A stretch of DNA of 63,964 bases, filler included, from Sandaracinaceae bacterium (GTDB taxonomy: Bacteria; Myxococcota_A; Polyangia; Polyangiales; JADJQN01): the NCBI GenBank assembly GCA_947483975.1. It is 10 parts of 10 records of this genome, joined end to end, with 100 filler letters (N's around TTAATTAATTAA, not from the genome) between each part and the next. Parts side by side here need not be neighbours in the genome. Positions count along the whole stretch, not along the records: positions 47,159 to 53,505 come from CANKOL010000303.1; positions 53,606 to 59,880 come from CANKOL010000304.1; positions 59,981 to 63,964 come from CANKOL010000438.1; 7 more parts are not named here. The stretch is one strand, 5' to 3'. A model generated the notes under the pieces. The model saw only the letters and a program-made list of their open reading frames with translations. It searched no databases and was not told the origin of the DNA. The stretch's first letter is position 1, and the number at the start of each line of letters is the position of its first letter. This document shows, in pieces, positions 52,189 through 61,407 of this stretch. A program made the position numbers and the translations under genes.

Positions 52189-52440
52189 CTATCGCGCGGC
52201 TTCGAGCAGCGCGGCTTCGTCCGAGCGGACCTCGAGGCGATAGCGGCTGTTGGCGGTCTGGAGGTAGTACACCTCGCGGCCGGCCAAGCGGAGGATGCGC
52301 TTCACGGGCGTCGTGACGTACTCGTGCAGGCCATCGGCGAACTCGATGACGACGACGCTGCCCTTGCGCGGGGCGCGCAGGAGCCGGCCTACGACGGCCC
52401 GTCCTGGCTTGCGCCCGACCTTGCGCAGCACGACTTCCAC
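52189..52440 (-). CDS. Small basic hypothetical protein (about 83 aa)
   Basis: GTG start; beta-strand pattern VVVIEF..EYVTTPVKRIL..YYLQTANSRYRLEV; codon usage matches the genome. Confidence 0.6.
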   Translation of the reverse strand: MEVVLRKVGRKPGRAVVGRLLRAPRKGSVVVIEFADGLHEYVTTPVKRILRLAGREVYYLQTANSRYRLEVRSDEAALLEAAR

Positions 52441-52570
52441 GTGGCCAAACGTAGCACGCGCCCGCCGGCCGCCACAGGGAGTTTCGCGTTTCACCAACGC
52501 GGGACGGCGGAGGAAAATGCCAGCAAAAGTGACGTTGCTCCCGGGGTCCTTTTGGCCGCACCCTCCGGCG

Positions 52571-53158
<588 letters not shown>

Positions 53159-53160
53159 GC

Positions 53161-53505
53161 TCAGCGGGCGCGCGGCTGCGCGGCGTCGACGAGCGTGAAG
53201 CGGAACGAGAGGACGAGCTTCGTCGAGCCGGTCGTCGTCGCGAGGTGCGAGACGGGGCCCGCGGCGCAGCGCAGGATCGCCGGACCGTCGAGGCGCGGCA
53301 CGTTCGGGCGGGGCGCGCGCAGCTTCACGTCGGTGGGCGTGCCCGGCACGACCTCGACGCGCACATCGCTCTCGCCGAGGCCGGGCGGCGCGTCGGCGCA
53401 GCGCGGGAGCGTCTCGAGCACGGTCCACACGGCGTTCTCGAGGGCCTCGTCGCGCGGGCACGGGTACGGGCCGGGGCGCTGCGGGACGCCCTCGCAGCGC
53501 AGGTA
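53161..53505 (-). CDS. Partial hypothetical protein (5'-truncated)
   Basis: Open frame from the contig edge to the stop at 53161. Confidence 0.4.
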   Translation of the reverse strand, partial: YLRCEGVPQRPGPYPCPRDEALENAVWTVLETLPRCADAPPGLGESDVRVEVVPGTPTDVKLRAPRPNVPRLDGPAILRCAAGPVSHLATTTGSTKLVLSFRFTLVDAAQPRAR

Positions 53506-53605
53506 NNNNNNNNNNNNNNNNNNNNNNNNNNNNNNNNNNNNNNNNNNNNTTAATTAATTAANNNNNNNNNNNNNNNNNNNNNNNNNNNNNNNNNNNNNNN
53601 NNNNN

Positions 53606-53946
53606 CAGTCGCAGCGCGCCGGCACGCCGCACAAGGTGTCGCGCGCGCCGCACGCGAGCCTGCGCTCGTCGGCCGCGGCGGTGCAGGCGCGCGGTTCGCC
53701 GCCGGGGCTGCAGTGCGTCAGCGACACATAGCAACCGGGCCGCGCCGCGTCCCACGCGCCGAGGTAGACGCCGCAGTATTCGGTCGCCGTCTGCGCCTCG
53801 AGGTTCGTGTACTCGGTGTGCGGCACGAGGCTGAGCGGCGCGCTCACCGTCGGCGCCGGATGGCTGCCGTTCGACGACGTCCCCGAGCAGCCGAAGAGCA
53901 CGGTCAGACACAGCGTCGCGGCAAGTCGTGACATGGAGGTGCGCAT
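53606..53946 (-). CDS. Cys-rich lipoprotein (3'-truncated)
   Basis: MRTSMSRLAATLCLTVLFGC lipobox followed by several Cys. Confidence 0.6.
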
Positions 53947-54153
53947 TTCTATCACGACGCCGCGCAGCGGCGGAGTGCGAGCGATCGGAGGGGGTCGCGG
54001 CGCGGCCATGAGGGCCGGTCCTCGGGCTGTCGCGCGGGGCCGAGGAGCGAGGTGCCCTCCGCTCGCTGCAGGCCCTGGAGACGCTCCCAGACGGAAGAAA
54101 CCGTCAATAGGCCCCGAGCCCGCGTGATAGTGTGTTGGCTTACTGGAGAGCCC

Positions 54154-57120
54154 ATGATCTCGTATTGCGACCGTCGTTTCGGACTCGCCGCGCGGCTGAT
54201 GATTCTGTCCCTGAATGCGACGCTCATCGCTTGCGGAGGGACTGACGTCCCCCCGCCGACCGACCTCGACGCGGCCGTCGCCGACGCCGGTCCGCAGGAC
54301 GCCGCCCTCGACGCGGGCCGACGCGACGCCTTCGCGTGCCCGGACTTCGACGGCGACGGCTACGGCGCGCCGCCGTGCGGCGACGACTGCGACGATAACG
54401 ACTCGAGCCGACACCCGGGCGCGACGGAGGTCTGCGACCTCGACGACGAGGACTGCCTCGACACGACCTACGGCTTGGACGCGGACTCCGACGGCTTCGA
54501 GGCCAGCCGCTGCTGCAACGGCCCGGGCAACTGCGGCGCGGACTGCGACGACTCGCTCAGCACCGTGAACCCGACGGCCGCCGAGAGCTGCAACGGTCTC
54601 GACGACGACTGCGACGCCAACATCGACGAGGCCGTCTGCGTCGACGAGTGCACGCTCGCGCCGCCGTGCGGGACAGGCACCTGCACCGACACCTTCACGG
54701 GCTACACATGCGCGTGCGACGCGGGCTATTCGGGCCCCGTCGGCGGCCCGTGCCTCGACCTCGACGAGTGCGCCGGCGGCCTCGGCGACTGCGGGCCCCT
54801 CGCCGACTGCGTCAACACGCCGGGCAGCTTCAGTTGTGTGTGCAACACCGGGTACGCAGGCAGCGGGCACGGCGCGGGGAGCTGCACCGACGTCGACGAG
54901 TGCGCGGCGCCGGCGACCTGCGCTCGCAGCCTCGGCAACGGCTGCGCGAACACGATCGGGGGCTACACCTGCTCGTGCACGGCGGGCTTCGTCCCGTCGG
55001 ATCCTGGGGTCCCGGCGGCCTGCGTGAACGTCGATGAGTGCAGCGGCGGCGCCGGCGGGGCCGGTCGCAACCCGTGCGATAGTGGCGTTTGGGCCAGCGG
55101 AGGCGTCAACACCTGCACGGACACGGTCGGCGGGTACACCTGCGCTTGCGGCGTGGGCTTCATGGCGACGGGCTCGGGGCTCACCGCGAGCTGCGCGGAC
55201 GTCGATGAGTGCGCCACGGCTGTCCACGACTGCAGCCCGTTCGCGTCGTGCTCGAACGACGTCGGCGGCTTCACCTGCGCGTGCGGGCCGGGCTTCATCG
55301 GCGGGGGCCACGGCGCGAGCGGCTGCCTGTGGAACGATCCGTCGCTGTCCGGCCTCACCGTCGGCGCAGGCGCGACGCTGGGCCCGGCGCTCGCGGCCGG
55401 CACGACTTGGTACGCGGTGACGCTGCCCGCGGACGGGACCTCGACCACGCTGACGCCGACGGTCGCCCAGCCGACGCACGCGACCATCACGGTGGATGGC
55501 GTGGTGGTGGCGTCGGGCGCGAGCGCGGTCGTCGCCCCGTATCCCCACTTCTCGCCCCGCGGCGTCATCCTCGTCGTCACGACGGAATCCGGCGCGACGC
55601 GGACGTACCACGTCGCGATCGTGCGGGGCTCCACGTACGTCAAGGCCTCCAACACCGGCGGAACTACGGCGTTTGACCCGCGCACCGGAGATCAGTTCGG
55701 CTGGAGCCTGTCGCTCTCCCCGGACGGCACGCGGCTCGCCGTCGGGGCCCCTCGAGAGGACTCGGCCGCGACGGGGATCGACGGCGACCAGACCAGCAAC
55801 GCCGCCGCCGACAGCGGCGCGGTCTACGTGTTCGCGCGGACGGGCGCGACCTGGGCGCAAGAGGCCTACCTCAAGGCGTCGAACGCCGAGGCCGGTGACC
55901 GCTTTGGTCAGGCGGTCTCGCTGTCGAGCGACGGCACGCGCCTCGTGGTCGGCGCGCCGGGCGAGGCCTCCAACGCGGTCGGCATCAACGGCGACCAGGC
56001 CGACAACAGCGCGGGAGGAAGCGGCGCCGCGTACATGTTCTCGCGGACCGGCACGACGTGGACGCAGACCCTATACGTCAAGGCGTCGAACGCCGAGTTT
56101 GGCGACGGCTTCGGCTCCTCCGTGGCGATCTCCAAGAACGGACTCCACTTCGTCGTCGGAGCGCCCTTCGAGGACTCCAGCGGGCTGGGCATCGGCGGCA
56201 GTCAGGCCGACAATTTGGCGGTCAACAGCGGCGCCGCGTACTTCTTCAACGTGAACACCCTCACCTCCGTGTGGAGCCAGGTCAGGTACATCAAGGCGTC
56301 CAACACGGGAGGCGGCGTCGAGTTCGGTGCTTCCGGGACCGGCGGCGACGAGTTCGGCTCGTCGGTCGCGATCTCGACGGATAACGCGGATGGTTTTCGG
56401 TTGGCGATCGGCGCGCACCAGGAGGACTCGAGCGCGACGGGCATCAACGGCGACCAGACCAGCGACGCCGGGACGTACTCGGGCGCGGTGTACGTAATCT
56501 TCAAGCCGGTGGCCGGCCCCTGGACGATGGAGGCGTACGTGAAGGCGTCGAACACCGGCCTCGACGACCAGTTCGGCAGCGCGCTGGCCCTCTCGCCGGA
56601 CGGCGCGCAGCTCGCGGTCGGTGCGCCGCGCGAGGACTCGGCCGCGATGGGCGTCGGCGGCGACCAGGCGAGCAACGCGCAGAGCGACAGCGGCGCGGTC
56701 TACGTGTTCAGGCGCTCAGGCACGACCTGGACGCAGGAGGCGTACGTCAAGGACTGGCACGGGCCCGGAGGGGGATTTGGCGCCTCGGTGTCCCTCTCGA
56801 TCGACGGCACGCGGCTCGCGGCGGGTGCGCCGAACGACCAGTCGAGCGGTGCGGGGGTCGGAGCCAGCTTGCCTACCCCGGGCGGAAGCAGCGGGCGGGG
56901 CGCTGTAGACGTCTTCACGTGGAGCGGTACGGCGTGGGTGCCGAACGCCTTCATCAAGGCTTCCAACCCTAACTCGATGAATGCTTTCGGCAGTGTCGTG
57001 TCGATCTCCGGCGAGCGAATGGCCGTGGGCGACCCCACTGAATGGTCGAACGCGACGGGCATCAACGGCGACCAGACCAACACCAGCCTGCCCGACGCGG
57101 GCGCGGTCTACGTGTACTGA
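54154..57120 (+). CDS. Large surface lipoprotein: Cys/Asp metal-binding motifs, Ca-EGF repeats, cadherin-like sandwich, FG-GAP (integrin-like) propeller
   Basis: DCDD..HPGATEVC motifs; five DVDEC/DLDEC-type EGF repeats; LSGLTV...TRTYHV; repeated Y(V/L/I)KASN..GD.FG.S..LS.DG..L.VGAP.E...GAVYVF. Confidence 0.88.
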   Translation: MISYCDRRFGLAARLMILSLNATLIACGGTDVPPPTDLDAAVADAGPQDAALDAGRRDAFACPDFDGDGYGAPPCGDDCDDNDSSRHPGATEVCDLDDEDCLDTTYGLDADSDGFEASRCCNGPGNCGADCDDSLSTVNPTAAESCNGLDDDCDANIDEAVCVDECTLAPPCGTGTCTDTFTGYTCACDAGYSGPVGGPCLDLDECAGGLGDCGPLADCVNTPGSFSCVCNTGYAGSGHGAGSCTDVDECAAPATCARSLGNGCANTIGGYTCSCTAGFVPSDPGVPAACVNVDECSGGAGGAGRNPCDSGVWASGGVNTCTDTVGGYTCACGVGFMATGSGLTASCADVDECATAVHDCSPFASCSNDVGGFTCACGPGFIGGGHGASGCLWNDPSLSGLTVGAGATLGPALAAGTTWYAVTLPADGTSTTLTPTVAQPTHATITVDGVVVASGASAVVAPYPHFSPRGVILVVTTESGATRTYHVAIVRGSTYVKASNTGGTTAFDPRTGDQFGWSLSLSPDGTRLAVGAPREDSAATGIDGDQTSNAAADSGAVYVFARTGATWAQEAYLKASNAEAGDRFGQAVSLSSDGTRLVVGAPGEASNAVGINGDQADNSAGGSGAAYMFSRTGTTWTQTLYVKASNAEFGDGFGSSVAISKNGLHFVVGAPFEDSSGLGIGGSQADNLAVNSGAAYFFNVNTLTSVWSQVRYIKASNTGGGVEFGASGTGGDEFGSSVAISTDNADGFRLAIGAHQEDSSATGINGDQTSDAGTYSGAVYVIFKPVAGPWTMEAYVKASNTGLDDQFGSALALSPDGAQLAVGAPREDSAAMGVGGDQASNAQSDSGAVYVFRRSGTTWTQEAYVKDWHGPGGGFGASVSLSIDGTRLAAGAPNDQSSGAGVGASLPTPGGSSGRGAVDVFTWSGTAWVPNAFIKASNPNSMNAFGSVVSISGERMAVGDPTEWSNATGINGDQTNTSLPDAGAVYVY

Positions 57121-57190
57121 CGCGGCGGGCGCTTCGCGGCGCAGCCTCGCGCGCGCCGCGCTCACGCGCGCCACCCAAAACGCTCCTGAG

Positions 57191-57316
57191 GGTCCCGGGA
57201 CCCCAGCGGTCGTTTTCAAAAACCGCTCGGGGGGTGCCGGGACCCCAGCGGTCGTTTTCAAAAACGACTCGCCAGGTGCCGGGACCCCCTCGGTCGTTTT
57301 CAAAAATCGCGGGCCG
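57191..57316 (+). repeat. Three tandem 42-bp units: 32-bp conserved core GGT(C/G)CCGGGACCCC(AG/CT)CGGTCGTTTTCAAAAA plus a 10-bp variable segment
   Basis: Units start at 57191, 57233 and 57275; variable parts CCGCTCGGGG, CGACTCGCCA, TCGCGGGCCG. Confidence 0.95.
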
Positions 57317-57522
57317 CGTGCGGTGAGCCCGCGCGTCGATCGTGCGCGCGAGCGCGTCGGCTCGCTGACCCGCGCTGCGGATTTCCGCGGCGGCGGAGGC
57401 GCCTCCGAGCCTCGCCGCGAGAATTTTCGAATTCTGCTCCGGGTCGCACAACCGGCCCCAGGTCGGGCCGAAACAAGGGGCGCCTCGCAGACCCCTTCAC
57501 AACCGACCCAGGAGCCACTCTC

Positions 57523-58371
57523 ATGCCCGACCTCACCCGAATCGACAGCACCTCCACCCCCGACGCGCTCACCTTCAAGGCTGCGCTCGACACCCTGCGC
57601 GACGCGCTCGCCGCGCTGACCCCGACCGAGGTTGAGCTCAACCCCGGCCTCGACGCCTCGGCGGCCGCCGGGGTCGTCATCGGCAGCCTGCCGCGCATCG
57701 CCAAGCACCGCGACGCCCTCGCCGCGCAGTTCGGCGCCGCGGGCGCCGCGGCCGTCGACGAGCTCCCGACCATCGCCTACGCGACCGCGCAGTCGGCGGT
57801 CGAGCTCGCCGCCGCGGACTCGATGAGCGACCTCAGCGCGCTCAACGCGGCCGTGCTCGACGACCACGCGCTGCTGCTCGGCGACTGCGACGCGCTCGCC
57901 AACCGCAAGCTCCTCGACCGCGCCCGCGTCGACGCTGGCCGCTCGACCCAGGGCTACCGCACCACCGTCACCAGCACGCTCGTCCTCGTCTCGCTCGTCC
58001 GCGAGTCCTGGGCCGCGATCGGCGCGAAGACGCCGCTCGAGCCCGCCGACCTCGACCGCGTCGAGAAGAACGCGCAGCGCATGCTCCGCTGCCTCGAGGA
58101 GCGCGAGCAGGGCGCGAGCCGCATGCCCGCCGCCGAGCAGCGCAGCCGCGCGCTCAGCCTCCTCATCCGACGCTACGGCGAGCTCCGCCGCATGCTCACC
58201 TACGTCCGCTGGTGGGCCGAAGACGCCGACTCCATCGCGCCGTCCCTGTGGTCCGGACGTCGCGGCAAGGGCCGCAACGCGTCGAGCGATCCGAGCAGCG
58301 ACAACGGCGATGCGCCCGACCAGCCCGAGATCGCGGTGCCGGTCAACGGCACCGGCCCCTTCACCGCGTGA
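57523..58371 (+). CDS. Hypothetical all-alpha protein
   Basis: AGGAG RBS; amphipathic helices; C-terminal RSRALSLLIRRYGELRRMLTYVRWWAEDADSIAPSLWSGRRGKGR plus an acidic tail. Confidence 0.8.
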   Translation: MPDLTRIDSTSTPDALTFKAALDTLRDALAALTPTEVELNPGLDASAAAGVVIGSLPRIAKHRDALAAQFGAAGAAAVDELPTIAYATAQSAVELAAADSMSDLSALNAAVLDDHALLLGDCDALANRKLLDRARVDAGRSTQGYRTTVTSTLVLVSLVRESWAAIGAKTPLEPADLDRVEKNAQRMLRCLEEREQGASRMPAAEQRSRALSLLIRRYGELRRMLTYVRWWAEDADSIAPSLWSGRRGKGRNASSDPSSDNGDAPDQPEIAVPVNGTGPFTA

Positions 58372-58386
58372 CCTCGACGCACGCGG

Positions 58387-58418
58387 GGCGAGCGCCGTCT
58401 CCGAGGACGGCGCTCGCC
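58387..58418 (+). terminator. Perfect 13-bp hairpin after the hypothetical gene (no U-tract)
   Basis: GGCGAGCGCCGTC-TCCGAG-GACGGCGCTCGCC. Confidence 0.45.
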
Positions 58419-58482
58419 GCGCGCGCCGCGCTCACCTGCTCGCCAGACACCCGGCACCCCGCCTGCTAACGTGCTCCCCAGC

Positions 58483-59124
58483 ATGAAGAGCAAGACCCCG
58501 AAGCCAGGACGAAAGCCTCGGTTTTCGATGTTGCGGACGTTCGCGCTCGCGGACCTCGTCACGCTCGGCAACGCGGCGTGCGGGACGGGCGCGATCTTCC
58601 TCTGCCTCGCGTACGTCGCGGAGCGCGATCGCTCGCTGCTCTGGGCGGCGTTCGTGCTGCTGCCCATCGCGCTCGTCTGCGACGTGCTCGACGGCAGCAT
58701 CGCGCGCTGGCGCCGCAAGCACTCGCCCATCGGCGCGGACCTCGACTCGCTCGCCGACGTGATCTCCTTCGGCGTCGCGCCCGCAGTGCTCGGCTTCACG
58801 CTCGGGATGCGCGGCTTCTGGGACTCCGTCGTGCTGATCTACTTCGTCGGCTGCGGCATCTCGCGCCTCGCTCGCTACAACGTGACGGCGGCGCAGATGT
58901 CGGACGCGAGCGGCAAGGTGAAGTACTACGAGGGCACGCCGATCCCGACCTCGCTCGGGCTCGTGCTCGTGCTCGGCATCGCGTTCGGGATGCAGCACGT
59001 CGGCGACGCGCTCTGGCTCGGCGTCGTGCACCTCGCCGGCTACGAGCTTCACCCGCTCGTGCTGATGTTCGGGCTGAGCGGCACGCTGATGGCGAGCGCG
59101 ACGATCCGCATCCCGAAGCCGTAA
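58483..59124 (+). CDS. pssA: CDP-diacylglycerol--serine O-phosphatidyltransferase
   Basis: ADLVTLGNAACG, DVLDGSIARW, GADLDSLADVISFGVAP, RLARYN, YYEGTPIP. Confidence 0.92.
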   Translation: MKSKTPKPGRKPRFSMLRTFALADLVTLGNAACGTGAIFLCLAYVAERDRSLLWAAFVLLPIALVCDVLDGSIARWRRKHSPIGADLDSLADVISFGVAPAVLGFTLGMRGFWDSVVLIYFVGCGISRLARYNVTAAQMSDASGKVKYYEGTPIPTSLGLVLVLGIAFGMQHVGDALWLGVVHLAGYELHPLVLMFGLSGTLMASATIRIPKP

Positions 59125-59190
59125 AGTGCGCGCGCGCGTCCGCCCCCATGACGGCAGCAGGCGCGCGGCGAGTGAACAGCGAGCGAGCGC

Positions 59191-59628
59191 TCAGGCGTCG
59201 GCGCGGGAGCCGAGGAAGACGTCGTGCGCGAGGTGCTCGCGCAGCTCGTGCACGGACAGATGCCCGAGGTTCTTCTTCACATCACCCGCGAGCTCGTCCT
59301 TCATCGACGCGGGCAAGAGCGTGTGAAGCTCGGCGAGGAGCTTCGGCTCGCCGACGAGGAACAGGCGGTCGAAGCTGCCGGCGGCGCGCGCATGGTCGAG
59401 GAACTGGAGCAACTCCTTGAGGAAGTGCGTCTCGTCCGCGCCCGTCGGCACATGGACGTGCGTGCGGTGCGAGGACGGCTCGTGCGACGGGCCCTTCGCG
59501 GGGGTGCTCTCGAGGAGCCGACCGTCGCGATAGGCGAAGTCGTGGAGAGGCTGCAGGGGATCCTTCGGACCCGTCCAACGATACACGTGCGCGGCATCGC
59601 GCTGCGCCACGAGAATCCAAGTCGCCAT
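59191..59628 (-). CDS. Host-attachment/AtsE (baeRF12-like) family protein
   Basis: TWILVA...A, FDRLFLVGEPKLLAEL...L, DVKKNL..LS..EL. Confidence 0.75.
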   Translation of the reverse strand: MATWILVAQRDAAHVYRWTGPKDPLQPLHDFAYRDGRLLESTPAKGPSHEPSSHRTHVHVPTGADETHFLKELLQFLDHARAAGSFDRLFLVGEPKLLAELHTLLPASMKDELAGDVKKNLGHLSVHELREHLAHDVFLGSRADA

Positions 59629-59980
59629 GGTGTCCACCTCCGACTCGTAGGTACGCGCGGACCTCGCTGGCGCCATGAATCGAAGGGGCAGTCAGGGCAC
59701 GACGCGCACGGCGTCGCCGCTGCCGTCCGTGCCAGCGGTGCCGGAGACGCCCGGCGAGAAGCCGCCCGAGCCGCCGCGCCCGGGGACGCCCGTCGCGTCG
59801 ATCGTGGCCGACGCGCGCACGGCGTCTGCGTAGGCGGTCGCGTCGGCGCCGGCCGCGACGATGTACACGCCGTGGCTGTCNNNNNNNNNNNNNNNNNNNN
59901 NNNNNNNNNNNNNNNNNNNNNNNNTTAATTAATTAANNNNNNNNNNNNNNNNNNNNNNNNNNNNNNNNNNNNNNNNNNNN

Positions 59981-60880
59981 CCCCTCCGCCTCGAGTCGCG
60001 CGTCGATCGTCGCGGCGGGCGGCGGCAGCGCGTCGAGCGCCGCGAGCATCTCGCCACCATCCGCGAAGCGCTCGGTGAGGTTCTTCGCCAGCGCGCGCTC
60101 GAGCAACGCCTCGAGCCCGGCCGACAGCACCAGCCCAGGGCGCGTCTCCGCGGCCGCAGGAGGGCGCGTCAGCAGGTGCGCGCGCAGCAACTCGGCGCGC
60201 GTCGGGTCGTTGAACGGGCGCCGCCCGGTCAGCAGCTCGTAGAGCAGGATCCCGGCCGAGTAGACGTCTGCGCGGGCGTCCGCGCGCTCGCCCGTGGCTT
60301 GCTCCGGCGCCATGTAGGCGGGCGTGCCGAAGATCATGCCGACCTTCGTCAGCGTCGCGTCCATCGCGCCGCGCTCGTCGTCGAGGAACTTCGCGAGCCC
60401 GAAGTCGAGCAAGCGCACGTGGTCGTCCGCGTCGGGCAGCGCCTGCAGAAAGACGTTCGCCGGCTTGAGGTCGCGGTGCGCCACGCCGCGCGCGTGCGCG
60501 AACGCGAGCCCGCGCAGCACCTGCCGCGCGATGTCGAGCGCGCGCGCTGGCGCGAGCAGCCCGTCGCGGAGCAGGTCCTCGAGCGTGCGCCCCTCGAGCA
60601 GCTCCATCACGAGATAGGGCTCCGGCTCGAGCCCGAAGTCGATCACCGGCACGATGTGCGGGTGTGAGAGCGCCGAGAGCGCCTTGGCCTCGCGCACGAA
60701 GCGGCGCTACAACTCGGCGAGCTCGCTGAAGTCCTCGAGGAGCACTTTGACGGCGACGAAGCGCCCGAGCGCCGCGTGCTCGGCCCGATACACCGCGCCA
60801 ATCCCGCCCGTCCCGAGCAGCCCGACGATGCGATAGCGGCCGTCGAGCACCCGGCCGATGCGCGGGTCGTCCTCTGTCAT
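59981..60880 (-). pseudogene. Ser/Thr kinase interrupted by an in-frame TAG at codon 58 (also truncated by the contig edge)
   Basis: MTEDDPRIGRVLDGRYRIVGLLGTGGIGAVY...VAVKVL...ELAEL*RRFVREA..., then HRDLKPAN, DFG, GTPAYMAPE; TAG at 60709-60707. Confidence 0.75.
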
Positions 60881-60892
60881 CGGAGGCTCATG

Positions 60893-61390
60893 TCAGGGCG
60901 GGCAGCTCACGGTGGCGGTGCCGCTCGTCTGTCCAAGCTCGGGTGGGCTGACGCCGCGGTCCTCCCAGAAGAAGTCGATCGGCACCGAGCCTCCCGCAGC
61001 GCAGAGCGCGGCGGTGCCGCAGTCCGCGAGGCAGTCCCCGACGAACGTCACCGTGTTCGACTCGCCTGGCGCGAGGGTCCCCGTGAAGCCGGGCGGCCGC
61101 GCGAAGCTCGACGCCGTGCCGATGATCGTCCCCGCCGTCGCGTCGACGCGCACGGGCACGAACTCCCGCACTCCCGTCGCGTGCGCGCCCACGCGGAAGT
61201 TCACCGTCACGTGCACTTGGTAGGTGTCGGCGGCTTGGTCGACGACGAGCGTCGCCTCAGACACATCCGCCGCCAAGCCAAGCTCGGTGTCGACGGTGCA
61301 AGAAGTCAGGGCACCGACGAGCAGCGCCGCGCCCATCAGGCGCAGCGCTGTCACGGTCATCGAACGCAGGCTCCGGTCGCGCGCCTTCAT
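60893..61390 (-). CDS. Hypothetical lipoprotein
   Basis: ALLVGALTSC lipobox, beta-rich body. Confidence 0.65.
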   Translation of the reverse strand: MKARDRSLRSMTVTALRLMGAALLVGALTSCTVDTELGLAADVSEATLVVDQAADTYQVHVTVNFRVGAHATGVREFVPVRVDATAGTIIGTASSFARPPGFTGTLAPGESNTVTFVGDCLADCGTAALCAAGGSVPIDFFWEDRGVSPPELGQTSGTATVSCPP

Positions 61391-61407
61391 GGTCGCGACA
61401 GTATGCC

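Noticed and set aside
57191..57316. CRISPR array interpretation of the 42-bp repeats
   Set aside because: The variable segments are only 10 bp, partly similar to one another and complementary to the core, and there are no cas genes on the contig.
59692..59880. Gly-rich minus-strand C-terminal gene fragment
   Set aside because: Too short and truncated to assign.
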